Below, piece by piece: positions 16,703 to 26,278 of a stretch of DNA of 32,986 nt. The position numbers and the translations under genes are program-made. The stretch spans positions 1 to 32,986 of the forward strand of contig JAIRLM010000003.1 of NCBI GenBank assembly GCA_031259325.1. The letters are read 5' to 3'. The notes beneath the pieces are model-generated. The model had not been told where the DNA came from. It was given only the letters and a program-made list of their open reading frames with translations, and did not search any database. The stretch is from Puniceicoccales bacterium. Its GTDB lineage: Bacteria; Verrucomicrobiota; Verrucomicrobiia; Opitutales; JAIRLM01. Each line of letters starts with the position of its first letter. Within the stretch, counting starts at the first letter, position 1.

Positions 16703-17675
16703 TATGGGCTTGTGTTGCTGGCCGCATTTTTTCCGTTGGTAGCTGGAGTTCAAAAATGCGGAGGGTGCCGGCGGCGGTTGCGATTTCGAGGGCATCGTTG
16801 TTGACTCCGAGTATGGTCCCAGGTGCTGCTGGTGGGTTGTCTGTGCGCCATTCGGTGTGGCCAATCTTTGTGGGCTCGCCGTTGTAGATGAAGAAACTCC
16901 CCGGCCAAGTTGTGTAGGCTCGTGTCTGAGCTTCAAGATCCCTGGCTGGTTTATTGAAATCCAGCATTCCATCGGATTTTTGAATGAGTTTTGTGTAAGT
17001 TGCCTTTGCGTGATCCTGTTCAACGGGAACCACGCGGCCGGTTAGGACGGTTGTCAGGTATTTTTCCAGAACGATTGCAGCAATGAAGGATACCTTTTCC
17101 CGGAGCGTGGGCGTGGTTTCCATGGGATCGATGTCGATTGCCTCGGCCGCGTAAATTGGTCCCGCGTCCATGGCTTGGACAAGTTTCATGAATGACACAC
17201 CCGTTTGCGTTTTGTGTTGCAGAATAGCGTTTTCGATGGGCGCCGGGCCGCGGAGCTCCGGCAGTAGCGATGGGTGTAAATTTAAAAAACCAAGTGGAAT
17301 GCCATCCAACAGAGTTTTTGGCAGGATACATCCATAGGCAAAGACGAGGCCCGCATCGGCTTCCAACGCAAGCATCCAGGGGAGAATTTCTTCCCTGGGC
17401 CGCTCCGGTTGCAGCAGGGGAATTTTATTTTCACGGGCCCAGGCGGTGATGGGATTTGCCTGCAAGCGGAGGCCGCGGCCGCGTTTTTTGTCCAAGCCAC
17501 TCACGACGCCGGCGAGGCGAAATGCCGAGCCGGAATTTTCAAAAAGCCATTGTAGCGCGCGGAGACCGATGCCATCGGATCCCAAATAGACCAACTTTTT
17601 AGGGGAATTAATCAAAGCGGTAGATCCTCGAACGATTCCATGCCGTTGCCAAGGAAAGATGTCCGAACCTTCCAA
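16680..17675 (-). CDS. fmt: Methionyl-tRNA formyltransferase
   Basis: DKKRGRG, AYGCILP, NLHPSLLPELRGPAPI, MDAGPI, QDHAKATYTKLIQKSDG, WPG. The true start may be about 60 nt downstream of 17675. Confidence 0.93.
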   Translation of the reverse strand: MEGSDIFPWQRHGIVRGSTALINSPKKLVYLGSDGIGLRALQWLFENSGSAFRLAGVVSGLDKKRGRGLRLQANPITAWARENKIPLLQPERPREEILPWMLALEADAGLVFAYGCILPKTLLDGIPLGFLNLHPSLLPELRGPAPIENAILQHKTQTGVSFMKLVQAMDAGPIYAAEAIDIDPMETTPTLREKVSFIAAIVLEKYLTTVLTGRVVPVEQDHAKATYTKLIQKSDGMLDFNKPARDLEAQTRAYTTWPGSFFIYNGEPTKIGHTEWRTDNPPAAPGTILGVNNDALEIATAAGTLRIFELQLPTEKMRPATQAHTTHQPKA

Positions 17676-19235
17676 TCACAGAAGTAAAAAGGCCGAACCC
17701 AGAATGATGGTTGGCGGAAGCGCGGCGGCTAGTAATCCGAGGGGGGAAACGCCCCGGGGGAAAAATCTCTGCAGGATGGATTGGCCGGCGGGGTTCGGCG
17801 CATTGGCGATAACCGTAAGTCCGCCACCGCTGAGGGCTCCCGCGGCAATGGCATACTGCAGGGCGCTATTGCCGGAAAACTCCGGAACCAAAGAGCACAG
17901 GTAGGTGATGGCTGCGTTGTCGTTAAACGTGCTCAGACCCATGGCTCCGAAGAACAACCACAGACGGGACATGCGCTCCAATACCGGGGCAATCCACCAT
18001 TCCTGCAGCCCGCCGTGGGTTACCAACCCAGCCAGGAAAAATCCGACGAAAATGGGTTCGCGGAGGGAGACGCGGTACTGAAAATGCGACGTGGCTTGAA
18101 TAAATGCCAGGAAGATAAGGAAAGTATACCAGAATGTCTGCGGCGAGTGGAGATTGGCCACGCTCCAGGCGATGAAGAGAATATGTACCAACGTAACCCA
18201 GAATGGCACCGCTGATTCCGCGGATTCGGCGTCCTTGGGCTCATCCCGCCGCAACGCCTCCGCCTTGCCATTGAGTAACAGCAACTCCCGGCGGAAAACG
18301 CAGGCGTACATGAGCGTGTTGAGTCCGATGCCCACCATGGCCCGCCAGCCAAAATGCGTGAACATGAACATCAGGTCCCAGTTCCACTTATCGGCGACAA
18401 TGAGCACGGGCGGTGCGGCGAAGTGGGTTAACGTGCCGCCGACGGAAACATTGGCAAAGAGCAAACCAAGGGTTCCATAGGAAAATGCCGTGGATGGGGA
18501 AAGCGGGTAAAATTTTCGCGCCAAAAGCATTGCGGCTATGGTAATTGCCGCCGGTTCGGTGATAAACGATCCCAGCAGTGGGGCGATGGAAAGAATGGTA
18601 ATCCACCAGGCGGAAACACTCGCATGGCCAATTCGGGCCACGAATCCGAGGATGCGCTCGGCAAACGCGAGAATGGGTTTACTCGCCGCCATGGCCATGA
18701 TCACCACCACAAACATGGCCTCCGTGTAGGAAACCCGATGGGACACATAGAAGCAGAAGTCATCCCAGCCGTAGCGCAGGGTGATGGCCAGGGCCACGGG
18801 GATAATCCAGATGCCAAAAATGGCCTCAATTTCGCCCATGAAGTGGCAGAGAGTGGCGGGAAAGGAAACGGGGATTTCCGAGGTGTTTTTTGTTCTCTGC
18901 GGATTCATCGACAAACGAAATTCATGGCGCTCCTCAAGTCGTTGAGACAGGCGCAGAAATTTCGGAGCCAGGAAAGTATGCGCGATGGCACCGAAAAAAA
19001 GAAGGGTTACCACCACGTTCATTGGCGCATACGCAACACGCACGCGCAGGGTCTCCCAAAGCGTGAGCGGACGGTTTAATTCCCGCATAAGTTGGTTTTC
19101 GCATTTTTGGTAAATTTCCAGGGGGATCGGATATTCCACACCGGATGGGCGCGGGACCAAGTGTTCGCCACGGGATTCGCCGGTGAGCAGGGCGGCAAAA
19201 ATGAACACCGTCAAAAATGGAAGCCTTCTGAGCAT
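17676..19235 (-). CDS. Putative Na+/H+ antiporter (DUF1504/Na_H_antiport_3-like)
   Basis: Many TM helices; HFMGEIEAIFGIW, PLLGSFITEPAAIT, NVSVGGTLTHFAAPPVL, FNDNAAITYL, GGGLTVIANAPNPAGQSIL. Confidence 0.85.
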   Translation of the reverse strand: MLRRLPFLTVFIFAALLTGESRGEHLVPRPSGVEYPIPLEIYQKCENQLMRELNRPLTLWETLRVRVAYAPMNVVVTLLFFGAIAHTFLAPKFLRLSQRLEERHEFRLSMNPQRTKNTSEIPVSFPATLCHFMGEIEAIFGIWIIPVALAITLRYGWDDFCFYVSHRVSYTEAMFVVVIMAMAASKPILAFAERILGFVARIGHASVSAWWITILSIAPLLGSFITEPAAITIAAMLLARKFYPLSPSTAFSYGTLGLLFANVSVGGTLTHFAAPPVLIVADKWNWDLMFMFTHFGWRAMVGIGLNTLMYACVFRRELLLLNGKAEALRRDEPKDAESAESAVPFWVTLVHILFIAWSVANLHSPQTFWYTFLIFLAFIQATSHFQYRVSLREPIFVGFFLAGLVTHGGLQEWWIAPVLERMSRLWLFFGAMGLSTFNDNAAITYLCSLVPEFSGNSALQYAIAAGALSGGGLTVIANAPNPAGQSILQRFFPRGVSPLGLLAAALPPTIILGSAFLLL

Positions 19236-19344
19236 GTTTCGCAGTCTGTTGCGCAGACCGGTTCTGTCAATCGCCGGAGAAAATGCGCATTCCTCGCGTA
19301 CGACAACGCTGGTAATTTGAAGCACTCCGGTTAGCGTTGGCGAT

Positions 19345-20646
19345 ATGGCTCAACAGGGTAATTTATGGAACGACGACGGGACCAACTCCGGCGATAAAGG
19401 ATTTTTTCGACACATCCCGTTGGCCGTGCGCATGCGGCCCAAAAAGCTAGCGGATGTGGTGGGTCAGGAGCATCTTCTTGGTCCAAACTGTTTTTTGCCA
19501 CGGATGATTCAACGGGATAATTTCGGAAGCATCATTCTCTTCGGGCCCCCCGGATGCGGGAAAACCTCACTCGCCGAGGTAATTGCCAACGAAACACGCA
19601 GTAAGTTTGTTGCTATCAACGCGGTCATGTCCAATGTGGCTGAATTGCGTCGCATTATTCAGGATGCTCGCGGGGCTGCCCGGCCGCCCATTTTGTTCAT
19701 CGACGAAATCCATCGGTTCAACCGCGCGCAGCAAGATTCCCTTCTCCCGGATGTGGAACGTGGGACTATCCGGCTCATCGGAGCAACGACGCATACCCCG
19801 GCGGTTTATATCATTTCCCCGCTGCTTAGCCGGAGTCACCTTTTTCAATTGGAACCGCTTAAGGTCGATGTGATTAAAAATTACCTGCTGCGGGCGTTGC
19901 ACGATAAGGAAATAGGATTGGGGAGCAGTGGATGCGATTTGGACAACGAGGTGTTGGATATTCTAGCCCAAAGTTGTGATGGCGACCTACGCCGGGCGCT
20001 CGGGAACTTGGAAACGCTCGTCATGGGCGCAGCCACCGGAACCCGCATCACCATCTCTCTCTGGGAGGCCTTTGCCGCCGAACGGCACATCCGATACGAC
20101 CGCGACGAGTCCGAGCACCATGCAACTATTTCCGCCTATATCAAAAGCATGCGCGGCTGTGATCCCAATGCAGCTGTCTATTGGTTGGTAAAAATGCTGG
20201 AAGGTGGGGAGGACCCCCGGTTTATCGCCCGCAGGCTGGTCATATTTGCTTCCGAAGATGTCGGCCTCGCCGATACGCGCGCCCTGCCACTTGCCAACGC
20301 CTGCTACGCCGCTTGCGAAACAGTTGGCATGCCCGAATGCGCCATTAATCTGAGCCACGTAACCGTATTCATGGCGCTGGTGCGAAAAAGTAACTCCACA
20401 TACATGGCACTCACCAACGCGCGCGAGGAAATGCGTACGCACCCCGTGCAGCCCGTTCCGAGCTATTTGCGCAATCAGCCCAAATCCATAGCCCGCCGGT
20501 TGAACACGGAGTCCTACCTCTATGCCCACGATTATCCGGACAACGTCACCGGCCAAGCGTACATGGTTGAACCAAAAACATTCTATCATCCCCGGAACGC
20601 CGGCGACGAAATCGCATTAAATGCGCCAAGGCGAACAACTTATTAG
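19345..20646 (+). CDS. rarA: Replication-associated recombination protein A (MgsA/RarA AAA+ ATPase)
   Basis: PLAVRMRP, Walker A GPPGCGKT, FIDEIHRFN, ISAYIKSMRGCDP, ASEDVGLAD, YLYAHDY. Confidence 0.96.
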   Translation: MAQQGNLWNDDGTNSGDKGFFRHIPLAVRMRPKKLADVVGQEHLLGPNCFLPRMIQRDNFGSIILFGPPGCGKTSLAEVIANETRSKFVAINAVMSNVAELRRIIQDARGAARPPILFIDEIHRFNRAQQDSLLPDVERGTIRLIGATTHTPAVYIISPLLSRSHLFQLEPLKVDVIKNYLLRALHDKEIGLGSSGCDLDNEVLDILAQSCDGDLRRALGNLETLVMGAATGTRITISLWEAFAAERHIRYDRDESEHHATISAYIKSMRGCDPNAAVYWLVKMLEGGEDPRFIARRLVIFASEDVGLADTRALPLANACYAACETVGMPECAINLSHVTVFMALVRKSNSTYMALTNAREEMRTHPVQPVPSYLRNQPKSIARRLNTESYLYAHDYPDNVTGQAYMVEPKTFYHPRNAGDEIALNAPRRTTY

Positions 20647-20916
20647 CGATTGAAATGCGCGGTTTTGCGCCTAGTTGTTTCTTGTTTTTGCAGTGTCCTA
20701 GGGTTAAAAAACGTGTGTGCCAATTACGGACGGACTGCGACGAAATTCTAAGCTCTTTACTAACTTGTGTATAAATTTTGCCGCTTACAACCAGCCATAC
20801 GGACGCGTCTTTCAAATCCTGATTATATTTTATAACGTATGGGAGTTTAGCCGTAAGCATCTCTAGCGCAACAGAAAAAAATCCACCCAGGTCAAAAATT
20901 ATCAGGCTTTGCTATA
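20643..20916 (-). mobile_element. IS630-family remnant: left end plus transposase N-terminal HTH fragment
   Basis: KYNQDLKDASVWLVVSGKIYTQVSKELRISSQSVRNWHTRFLTLGHCKNKKQLGAKPRI resembles the IS630 HTH (YSxDLR...GRPR). TATAGC on the minus strand at 20916-20911 resembles an IS630 terminus. No DDE domain. Confidence 0.6.
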
Positions 20917-21034
20917 AATTTCGCGCAAATATTTTTCACACGACCATGAATACGTCTAGCTCTCCGCGTAAAGCCGGCGGTTGAGGGACAAAAATCTTCT
21001 CATTTGCGACAAAAGCGCATAGGGGACTTGAACC

Positions 21035-22246
21035 GTGCGAAGGATTGGGCGCAAAAACTGGGAACGGGACTGGGTCAATCCGGCCTGCATGCTTCTGTTA
21101 GTGCTCCTGGGCGTGATATCCATTCGATCGGCGCAACTTTCGATTCATGGCAATCAATGGCGGGGCCAGCTGATTTGGTTTCTGCTGGGAACTGTTTGCT
21201 ATGTGCTATGTGCCCGGTGGCATTATTCAATTTTTTTACGCCATGCACATTGGATTTACCTCCTCGGGATTTTTTCCCTATTGATGCTTTGGTCGCCCTT
21301 CGGCCTGCGCCGTTACGGTGCCTTGCGGTGGATCGGGCTATTTGGCCTCTGCGTCCAACCGGCGGAATTTGCGAAGTTTTCCACGCTGATTATGCTGGCC
21401 GGGACGCTGACGGGGGCGAAAATGGGACCCATTCGCGAGTCGAAGTCACCCCTCCTGCGGGCTTTCATAATTTTCGCCATTCCGTGGTTTCTTATTTTTC
21501 TACAACCGGATTTGGGCTCCGCGCTCATTCTCCCCCCAATTCTTCTGGCCATGCTTTACGTTTCCAATCTATCCAGCCGCTTTTTTTTGGTCATTTTTGC
21601 ACTGGGAATCCTTGCGCTTAGTGCGGTCACCTGGGACCTCTACCGCTATCGCAATTTCTTGGATGCAAACGACCTCTCCCCGGGCGAGCACGGAGGACTT
21701 TACCAAAAACATTCCTGGTTCCCGCTGAAAGATTACCAGCGCAACCGCATCATCGGGTTCATCGCCCCGGAGGTGGTGGATCCGCAGGGCACGGGAATCA
21801 GCTGGAATTTGCGCCAATCGCTTATTTCCATCGGATCCGGTGGATTTTGGGGCAAGGGGTATGGAAACGGCACGCAGGCACAGTTGGGCTATTTGCCCAA
21901 GGCGGTGTCGACGAATGATTTCCTGTTTTCCGTACTCGGTGAGGAGCGGGGTTTTCTGGGAACCTCGGCGGCGCTGTTGCTCCTGAGCACGCTCATAGGA
22001 AATACCTTTCGCATCGCTGGCCTGGCCCACGACCGCTTTGGCCGCTATTTGACCGTGGGTATTGGGGTGTTTTTTCTCATGCACATGCTGATTAACATTG
22101 GCATGACCCTGGGACTCATGCCGATTACGGGAGTACCCCTGCCGTTTCTAAGCTACGGTGGGAGCTTTTTGATCGTGTGTTGCATTTTACAGGGAATCGT
22201 GCAGAGCGTCTATCGGCGGCGGCGGAACGTGGACCGCGAGGGATAG
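21035..22246 (+). CDS. rodA: Rod shape-determining protein RodA (SEDS family)
   Basis: GALRWI, VQPAEFAK, QPDLGSA, YQRNRI, QSLISIGSGG, NDFLFSVLGEERGF, GLMPITGVPLPFLSYGGS. Confidence 0.93.
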   Translation: MRRIGRKNWERDWVNPACMLLLVLLGVISIRSAQLSIHGNQWRGQLIWFLLGTVCYVLCARWHYSIFLRHAHWIYLLGIFSLLMLWSPFGLRRYGALRWIGLFGLCVQPAEFAKFSTLIMLAGTLTGAKMGPIRESKSPLLRAFIIFAIPWFLIFLQPDLGSALILPPILLAMLYVSNLSSRFFLVIFALGILALSAVTWDLYRYRNFLDANDLSPGEHGGLYQKHSWFPLKDYQRNRIIGFIAPEVVDPQGTGISWNLRQSLISIGSGGFWGKGYGNGTQAQLGYLPKAVSTNDFLFSVLGEERGFLGTSAALLLLSTLIGNTFRIAGLAHDRFGRYLTVGIGVFFLMHMLINIGMTLGLMPITGVPLPFLSYGGSFLIVCCILQGIVQSVYRRRRNVDREG

Positions 22247-22272
22247 GATGGAAATGAAAAATTTTGATATTT

Positions 22273-23937
22273 ATGAAAAATTCTAACAGTTCACCGCGCC
22301 AAGATTCGGAACCGTGCGGGGAAAAAATTGACGAACGGGAGCTCAAGGATGGCTCCAAGGACCGGGCAAAGGACCAGTCGCTTCTCCAACGCATCATAAA
22401 GGGGTTAACCCGCAATGACCGAAAATTTCGCGAGATCGTCATCAGTCGCCAGCTGGGCATAACCCGCGTCGCCGTGCTCATTGACGGCATAATGGAAAAT
22501 TTTGAAACGGATGCCTACAGGGGCGCGGATCTGGTCGGGGCCATTTTCAAGGGGCGCATTCAAAAGCTCGAGGACGGGCTAAAAGCGGCCTTTGTCATCA
22601 CCGGACAGGAAAAAAATGCGTTTCTCCACTACTGGGACATGCTTCCAGCGGCCAATGATAGCTTTGAGGTTGTCACCAAGAATCCGGCAAAATCCAAAAT
22701 TACCCCGGATGACATTCCGCGCATGTACCCGGTTGGTGCGGAGGTTTTGGTGCAGGTTTCAAAGGCGCAAATGGGGACCAAGGGGGCACGGGTTACCACG
22801 AATATCACCGTCACCGGCCGCTATCTCATACTAACCCCGTTCAATGAACAGTGTGGCATATCGCGGAAGATTGAGGACGAAAAGGAACGGGAGCGGCTCA
22901 AGGGCATTTTGGAAAAATTAACCGTCCCAAACGGCATGGGGATTGTCATCCGGTCCTCCGGCGCGGAAAAGAAGCTGAAGTTTTTCATCCGCGACCTGTC
23001 CATTCTGCTCTCCCGCTGGAAAGCTATTTCCAAAAAAGCGAGCGAAATGGAGGACCCAGGATTGGTCTACCGGGAACCGGGACTGATCGGCCGGTCCGTG
23101 CGAGATTTTCTCACCGATGACGTGGATCGTATTGTAACCGACTCGCCACAGGTCTTTGACGAAATCGTCTCCGAAATCAACGAAATCGCGCCGCAACTAC
23201 GGGGAAAGGTGGAACTTTACAAAGATGAGATGCCGGTTTTGGAACACTTCAACGTCGAAAAGCAGGTCCAACGCACATTCAGCCGGCGCCTTCCCCTGCC
23301 ATCCGGTGGAGAAATCGTTTTAGAGGAAACGGAGGCGCTCATCGCCATCGACGTAAACACAAGCTCGCACAAGGTCGCAAGGGATGAGGGGAAAAATCTC
23401 CTCCTACAGGTCAATTTAGAAGCCGCGCGGGAAATCGTTCGGCAAATGCGACTGCGAAATCTGGGCGGGCTCATCATTATCGACTTCATCGACATGAAAA
23501 ACAAGGCGGATCAGAAGCAAGTCTTCGACGCTGTGCAGGAATTGATGTCCCATGACAGCGCCAGGTTTCAAATTTTACCCATTTCGCCCATGGGGATCAT
23601 GCAAATCACCCGACAGCGCCATTCGCAGAGCATGGGCCGGGAAATGCGCATTTGTTGCCCCTATTGTTCCGGCCGGGGAACCGTCCAATCACCCCAGACC
23701 ACGGCCATGGTTCTTCAGCTGGAAATCCTACGCACCCTCGGCCAATTGCGCAAGGACAGCAGTAATAAGCGCACGCACACGCTGAAAATTTTTCTCCATC
23801 CGCAGGTGTTAGATGTCCTCCGGCAACAGGAACGGCAAATTCTTGAAAATTTAGAAGATACCTACGGCGCCCGACTTTTTTTTCAGGCAGATGAAACCAT
23901 GCACTTGGAAAATTATAAAATCCTCCAGGAAATTTAA
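22273..23937 (+). CDS. rne: Ribonuclease E/G family
   Basis: S1 domain GAIFKGRI...AAFV, KGARVTTNI, IAIDVNT, RLRNLGGLIIIDFIDM, Zn-link CPYCSGRG. No long C-terminal scaffold. Confidence 0.93.
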   Translation: MKNSNSSPRQDSEPCGEKIDERELKDGSKDRAKDQSLLQRIIKGLTRNDRKFREIVISRQLGITRVAVLIDGIMENFETDAYRGADLVGAIFKGRIQKLEDGLKAAFVITGQEKNAFLHYWDMLPAANDSFEVVTKNPAKSKITPDDIPRMYPVGAEVLVQVSKAQMGTKGARVTTNITVTGRYLILTPFNEQCGISRKIEDEKERERLKGILEKLTVPNGMGIVIRSSGAEKKLKFFIRDLSILLSRWKAISKKASEMEDPGLVYREPGLIGRSVRDFLTDDVDRIVTDSPQVFDEIVSEINEIAPQLRGKVELYKDEMPVLEHFNVEKQVQRTFSRRLPLPSGGEIVLEETEALIAIDVNTSSHKVARDEGKNLLLQVNLEAAREIVRQMRLRNLGGLIIIDFIDMKNKADQKQVFDAVQELMSHDSARFQILPISPMGIMQITRQRHSQSMGREMRICCPYCSGRGTVQSPQTTAMVLQLEILRTLGQLRKDSSNKRTHTLKIFLHPQVLDVLRQQERQILENLEDTYGARLFFQADETMHLENYKILQEI

Positions 23938-24059
23938 AGGACGTAATCGATGTTTTAGTTCGTAAACTGGTGCCAAGTCGTCATTACAGGCAAATTGTGC
24001 AAAAAGTTTCACTGTAATCATTGACAATATTCAAGTAAGGTCATAAATGCGTATCCGAT

Positions 24060-25934
24060 ATGAGCACTCACAATGTTGGCTTAGCGGGGGGATTCCTTCT
24101 GCCTTTGCGCGGAAAATTGAAACAAATGGGGACTGGCGTTACGTACGCCACTGATGGAGTTGTAATCACTTGCACAAACGCAACTTTGAGATCGGGCACC
24201 TTTAACCTTGGCCGTGCGCTGCGTTTCATCGTTCAAATTACCGGCATTGGTGCGCTGATACTTTGGGTGGCGGAAAGCCGAATCGCCCGTAGCGAGCCTA
24301 AATCTCCGCGTACGCTTACGAACGCACTCATCGCCATCTCGCATTGGGCGCCACTGACTCAAAAAACAGGAGATGGGGCGCGTATCGCCAAAGAACGCTT
24401 GGGGGCAGTCGTTAAGGCTACCGAGGGAATTACAAGAATAGCTGCAGAACCGGTCCCTGTCCAGCAATTACCTGACCTAAATGTGTCCGTCGACGACAAA
24501 CTGCCAGCACCACCGGAGGCAGTAAATGTTCCGCCACTGGAAGACCATCCAGTGAAAGGACCAGAATCACGTAACTTAAACATACCCAGCGTCGACAAGC
24601 CATTGGATCGATCGGAGAAAACAGACGTTCAGCCGCCGGAAGACCATCCAGTGGAAGGACCAGAATCACGTAACTTAAACACACCCAGCGTCGACGAGCC
24701 ATTGGATCGATCGGAGAAAACAGACGTTCAGCCGCCGAAAGATATTCCAGTGGAAGGACAGCCCCCTGCACCACAACCGGAACAAGCGCCGTCGCCGGTT
24801 GCATTTGTAGATTTTTTAGCCAAGGTAGACATCCCGGACGCCGAATGCGCACTCGTGCGAGCCGCGCGGGCCAAACTTGGATTCGCAGGAGAGAGAAATA
24901 AGGGTACAATAGAGACGTGGAAAAAAAATCCTCATGGTACAAAAAGCCAACTTGGCCAAGCCTTTAGGGACAAAATTGATAAGTATTTGAATGAAGGTTA
25001 TACGGAACTGCAGCCGGAAATAGCGGCTCTGGTAGCCAAGAGCCCATGCTTATCCATGCGGAATGTATCGCCGGATGAAATCACCGCGCTTGCTAAGCGG
25101 CAAAATGATAACCCGTCGGTATTTACCATCGTATCTGGAATGCCGGTAGAAATTTTACAACATATCCCGTCCGCCGACAACGGCCGACCACCAATTGTGC
25201 AAGTGGCAAGCCAGTTCAACGGCTGCGAATCTCCATGGGCGCATTTAGTCGAACTCCCAACTTATGTGCGCGACCGCACGCAGGGTCCTGGAGCCAGCCT
25301 GACCGCGTTGGTAGCCGCCGCATTGCGTCTCGAATTTTTTCGAGCCCAAGGGTATGACGCCATGAAAGAATGCCTGACTGGGTGCACGGTGACAACAGCC
25401 GAAGGCGATAAGTCCATATGCGCCGCATATCCGGAACTTTGCCAAAACGGATATTTTCAGCCTCATGTCATCGGCAACACGGAACATTTGCGCGTCCTGG
25501 AACAGTGGCTGGAAAACCACAAAGTTTCGACTATGGCACAGTGGGTGCAATGTGAGGAATCGGGCGCGGTGCAATTGCAGGTGTTTAACGCTGCCGCATC
25601 CTTCCAGAACGTCAAGGTGACATGGAACGCCACGGATGATGAACGGACGAAATTATTGATAAACATATGTAGACACACACTCGTTGGGCAGTACCGAGCG
25701 TTGGCACGAGTAGCCGCTCATACCGGCCAAGATTTACATCTAACCTTGGTTGGGATGGGCGTATTTCATAATCCACCCGCACTTGTTACAGACATATTAC
25801 GCGCGACTAACGAAGAGCTTGTCGGAGCTGGTGTGCGTGTGTTCCTGCATGCATATGCACAGAAAGATGCCGACCTCTGGGGTGCTGCCATAAAAGCAAA
25901 TAACCTCACAAACGCAAACATTTCGCTGGCCTAG
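24060..25934 (+). CDS. Hypothetical 624-aa protein with Pro/acidic tandem repeats and a C-terminal macrodomain/PARG-like domain; candidate effector
   Basis: Long ORF. C-terminal motifs QVASQFNGCE, YVRDRTQGP and LHLTLVGMGVFHNPP. Confidence 0.75.
   Translation: MSTHNVGLAGGFLLPLRGKLKQMGTGVTYATDGVVITCTNATLRSGTFNLGRALRFIVQITGIGALILWVAESRIARSEPKSPRTLTNALIAISHWAPLTQKTGDGARIAKERLGAVVKATEGITRIAAEPVPVQQLPDLNVSVDDKLPAPPEAVNVPPLEDHPVKGPESRNLNIPSVDKPLDRSEKTDVQPPEDHPVEGPESRNLNTPSVDEPLDRSEKTDVQPPKDIPVEGQPPAPQPEQAPSPVAFVDFLAKVDIPDAECALVRAARAKLGFAGERNKGTIETWKKNPHGTKSQLGQAFRDKIDKYLNEGYTELQPEIAALVAKSPCLSMRNVSPDEITALAKRQNDNPSVFTIVSGMPVEILQHIPSADNGRPPIVQVASQFNGCESPWAHLVELPTYVRDRTQGPGASLTALVAAALRLEFFRAQGYDAMKECLTGCTVTTAEGDKSICAAYPELCQNGYFQPHVIGNTEHLRVLEQWLENHKVSTMAQWVQCEESGAVQLQVFNAAASFQNVKVTWNATDDERTKLLINICRHTLVGQYRALARVAAHTGQDLHLTLVGMGVFHNPPALVTDILRATNEELVGAGVRVFLHAYAQKDADLWGAAIKANNLTNANISLA
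24539..24760 (+). repeat. In-frame 99-bp (33-aa) tandem repeat, about 2.2 copies
   Basis: Units start at 24539, 24638 and 24737, encoding EDHPV(K/E)GPESRNLN(I/T)PSVD(K/E)PLDRSEKTDVQPP. The first two copies are nearly identical. Confidence 0.95.
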
Positions 25935-26015
25935 GAGCATTGCCGTGTGGCCCGAACAACACTCGTCTTGGGGCCGCTCAATGGCCTAATTCATTTGGCG
26001 CCAAACGTGCCATTG

Positions 26016-26278
26016 GACTTATTGCAAAAGTCAAACTCGCAATTCTCGAACTCGCAATTCATGCGATGGAGAATGACCGAGAACAATTTTTGCAAAAAAT
26101 CTATTTTTAACTTGCTAAGTTTGACCATGTTGTAAGGCTCCGCCAGCTTATGAGTATGGAAAGGATAGGCGGGAGTGTTCCACATCTCGCGGTAGGTGAT
26201 AGCACGGCTGCTATTGTGCTGAACCCTGGACTTCTACCGGCAGTCGCGACAGAGCGCTTGGCCGGAGCGGAAACCGTG
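26016..26278 (+). repeat. Direct repeat copy 1 (upstream region plus first 43 codons)
   Basis: Aligns colinearly with 27265-27525, e.g. GACTTATTGCAA, TTTTGCAAAA, TTTTAACTTGC, CTTATGAG, TGTTCCACATCTCGC, GGACTTCTACC. Confidence 0.92.

Noticed and set aside
24539-24760. Repeat array considered as CRISPR
   Set aside because: The units are contiguous, in-frame and 99 bp long, with no unique spacers and no cas genes.
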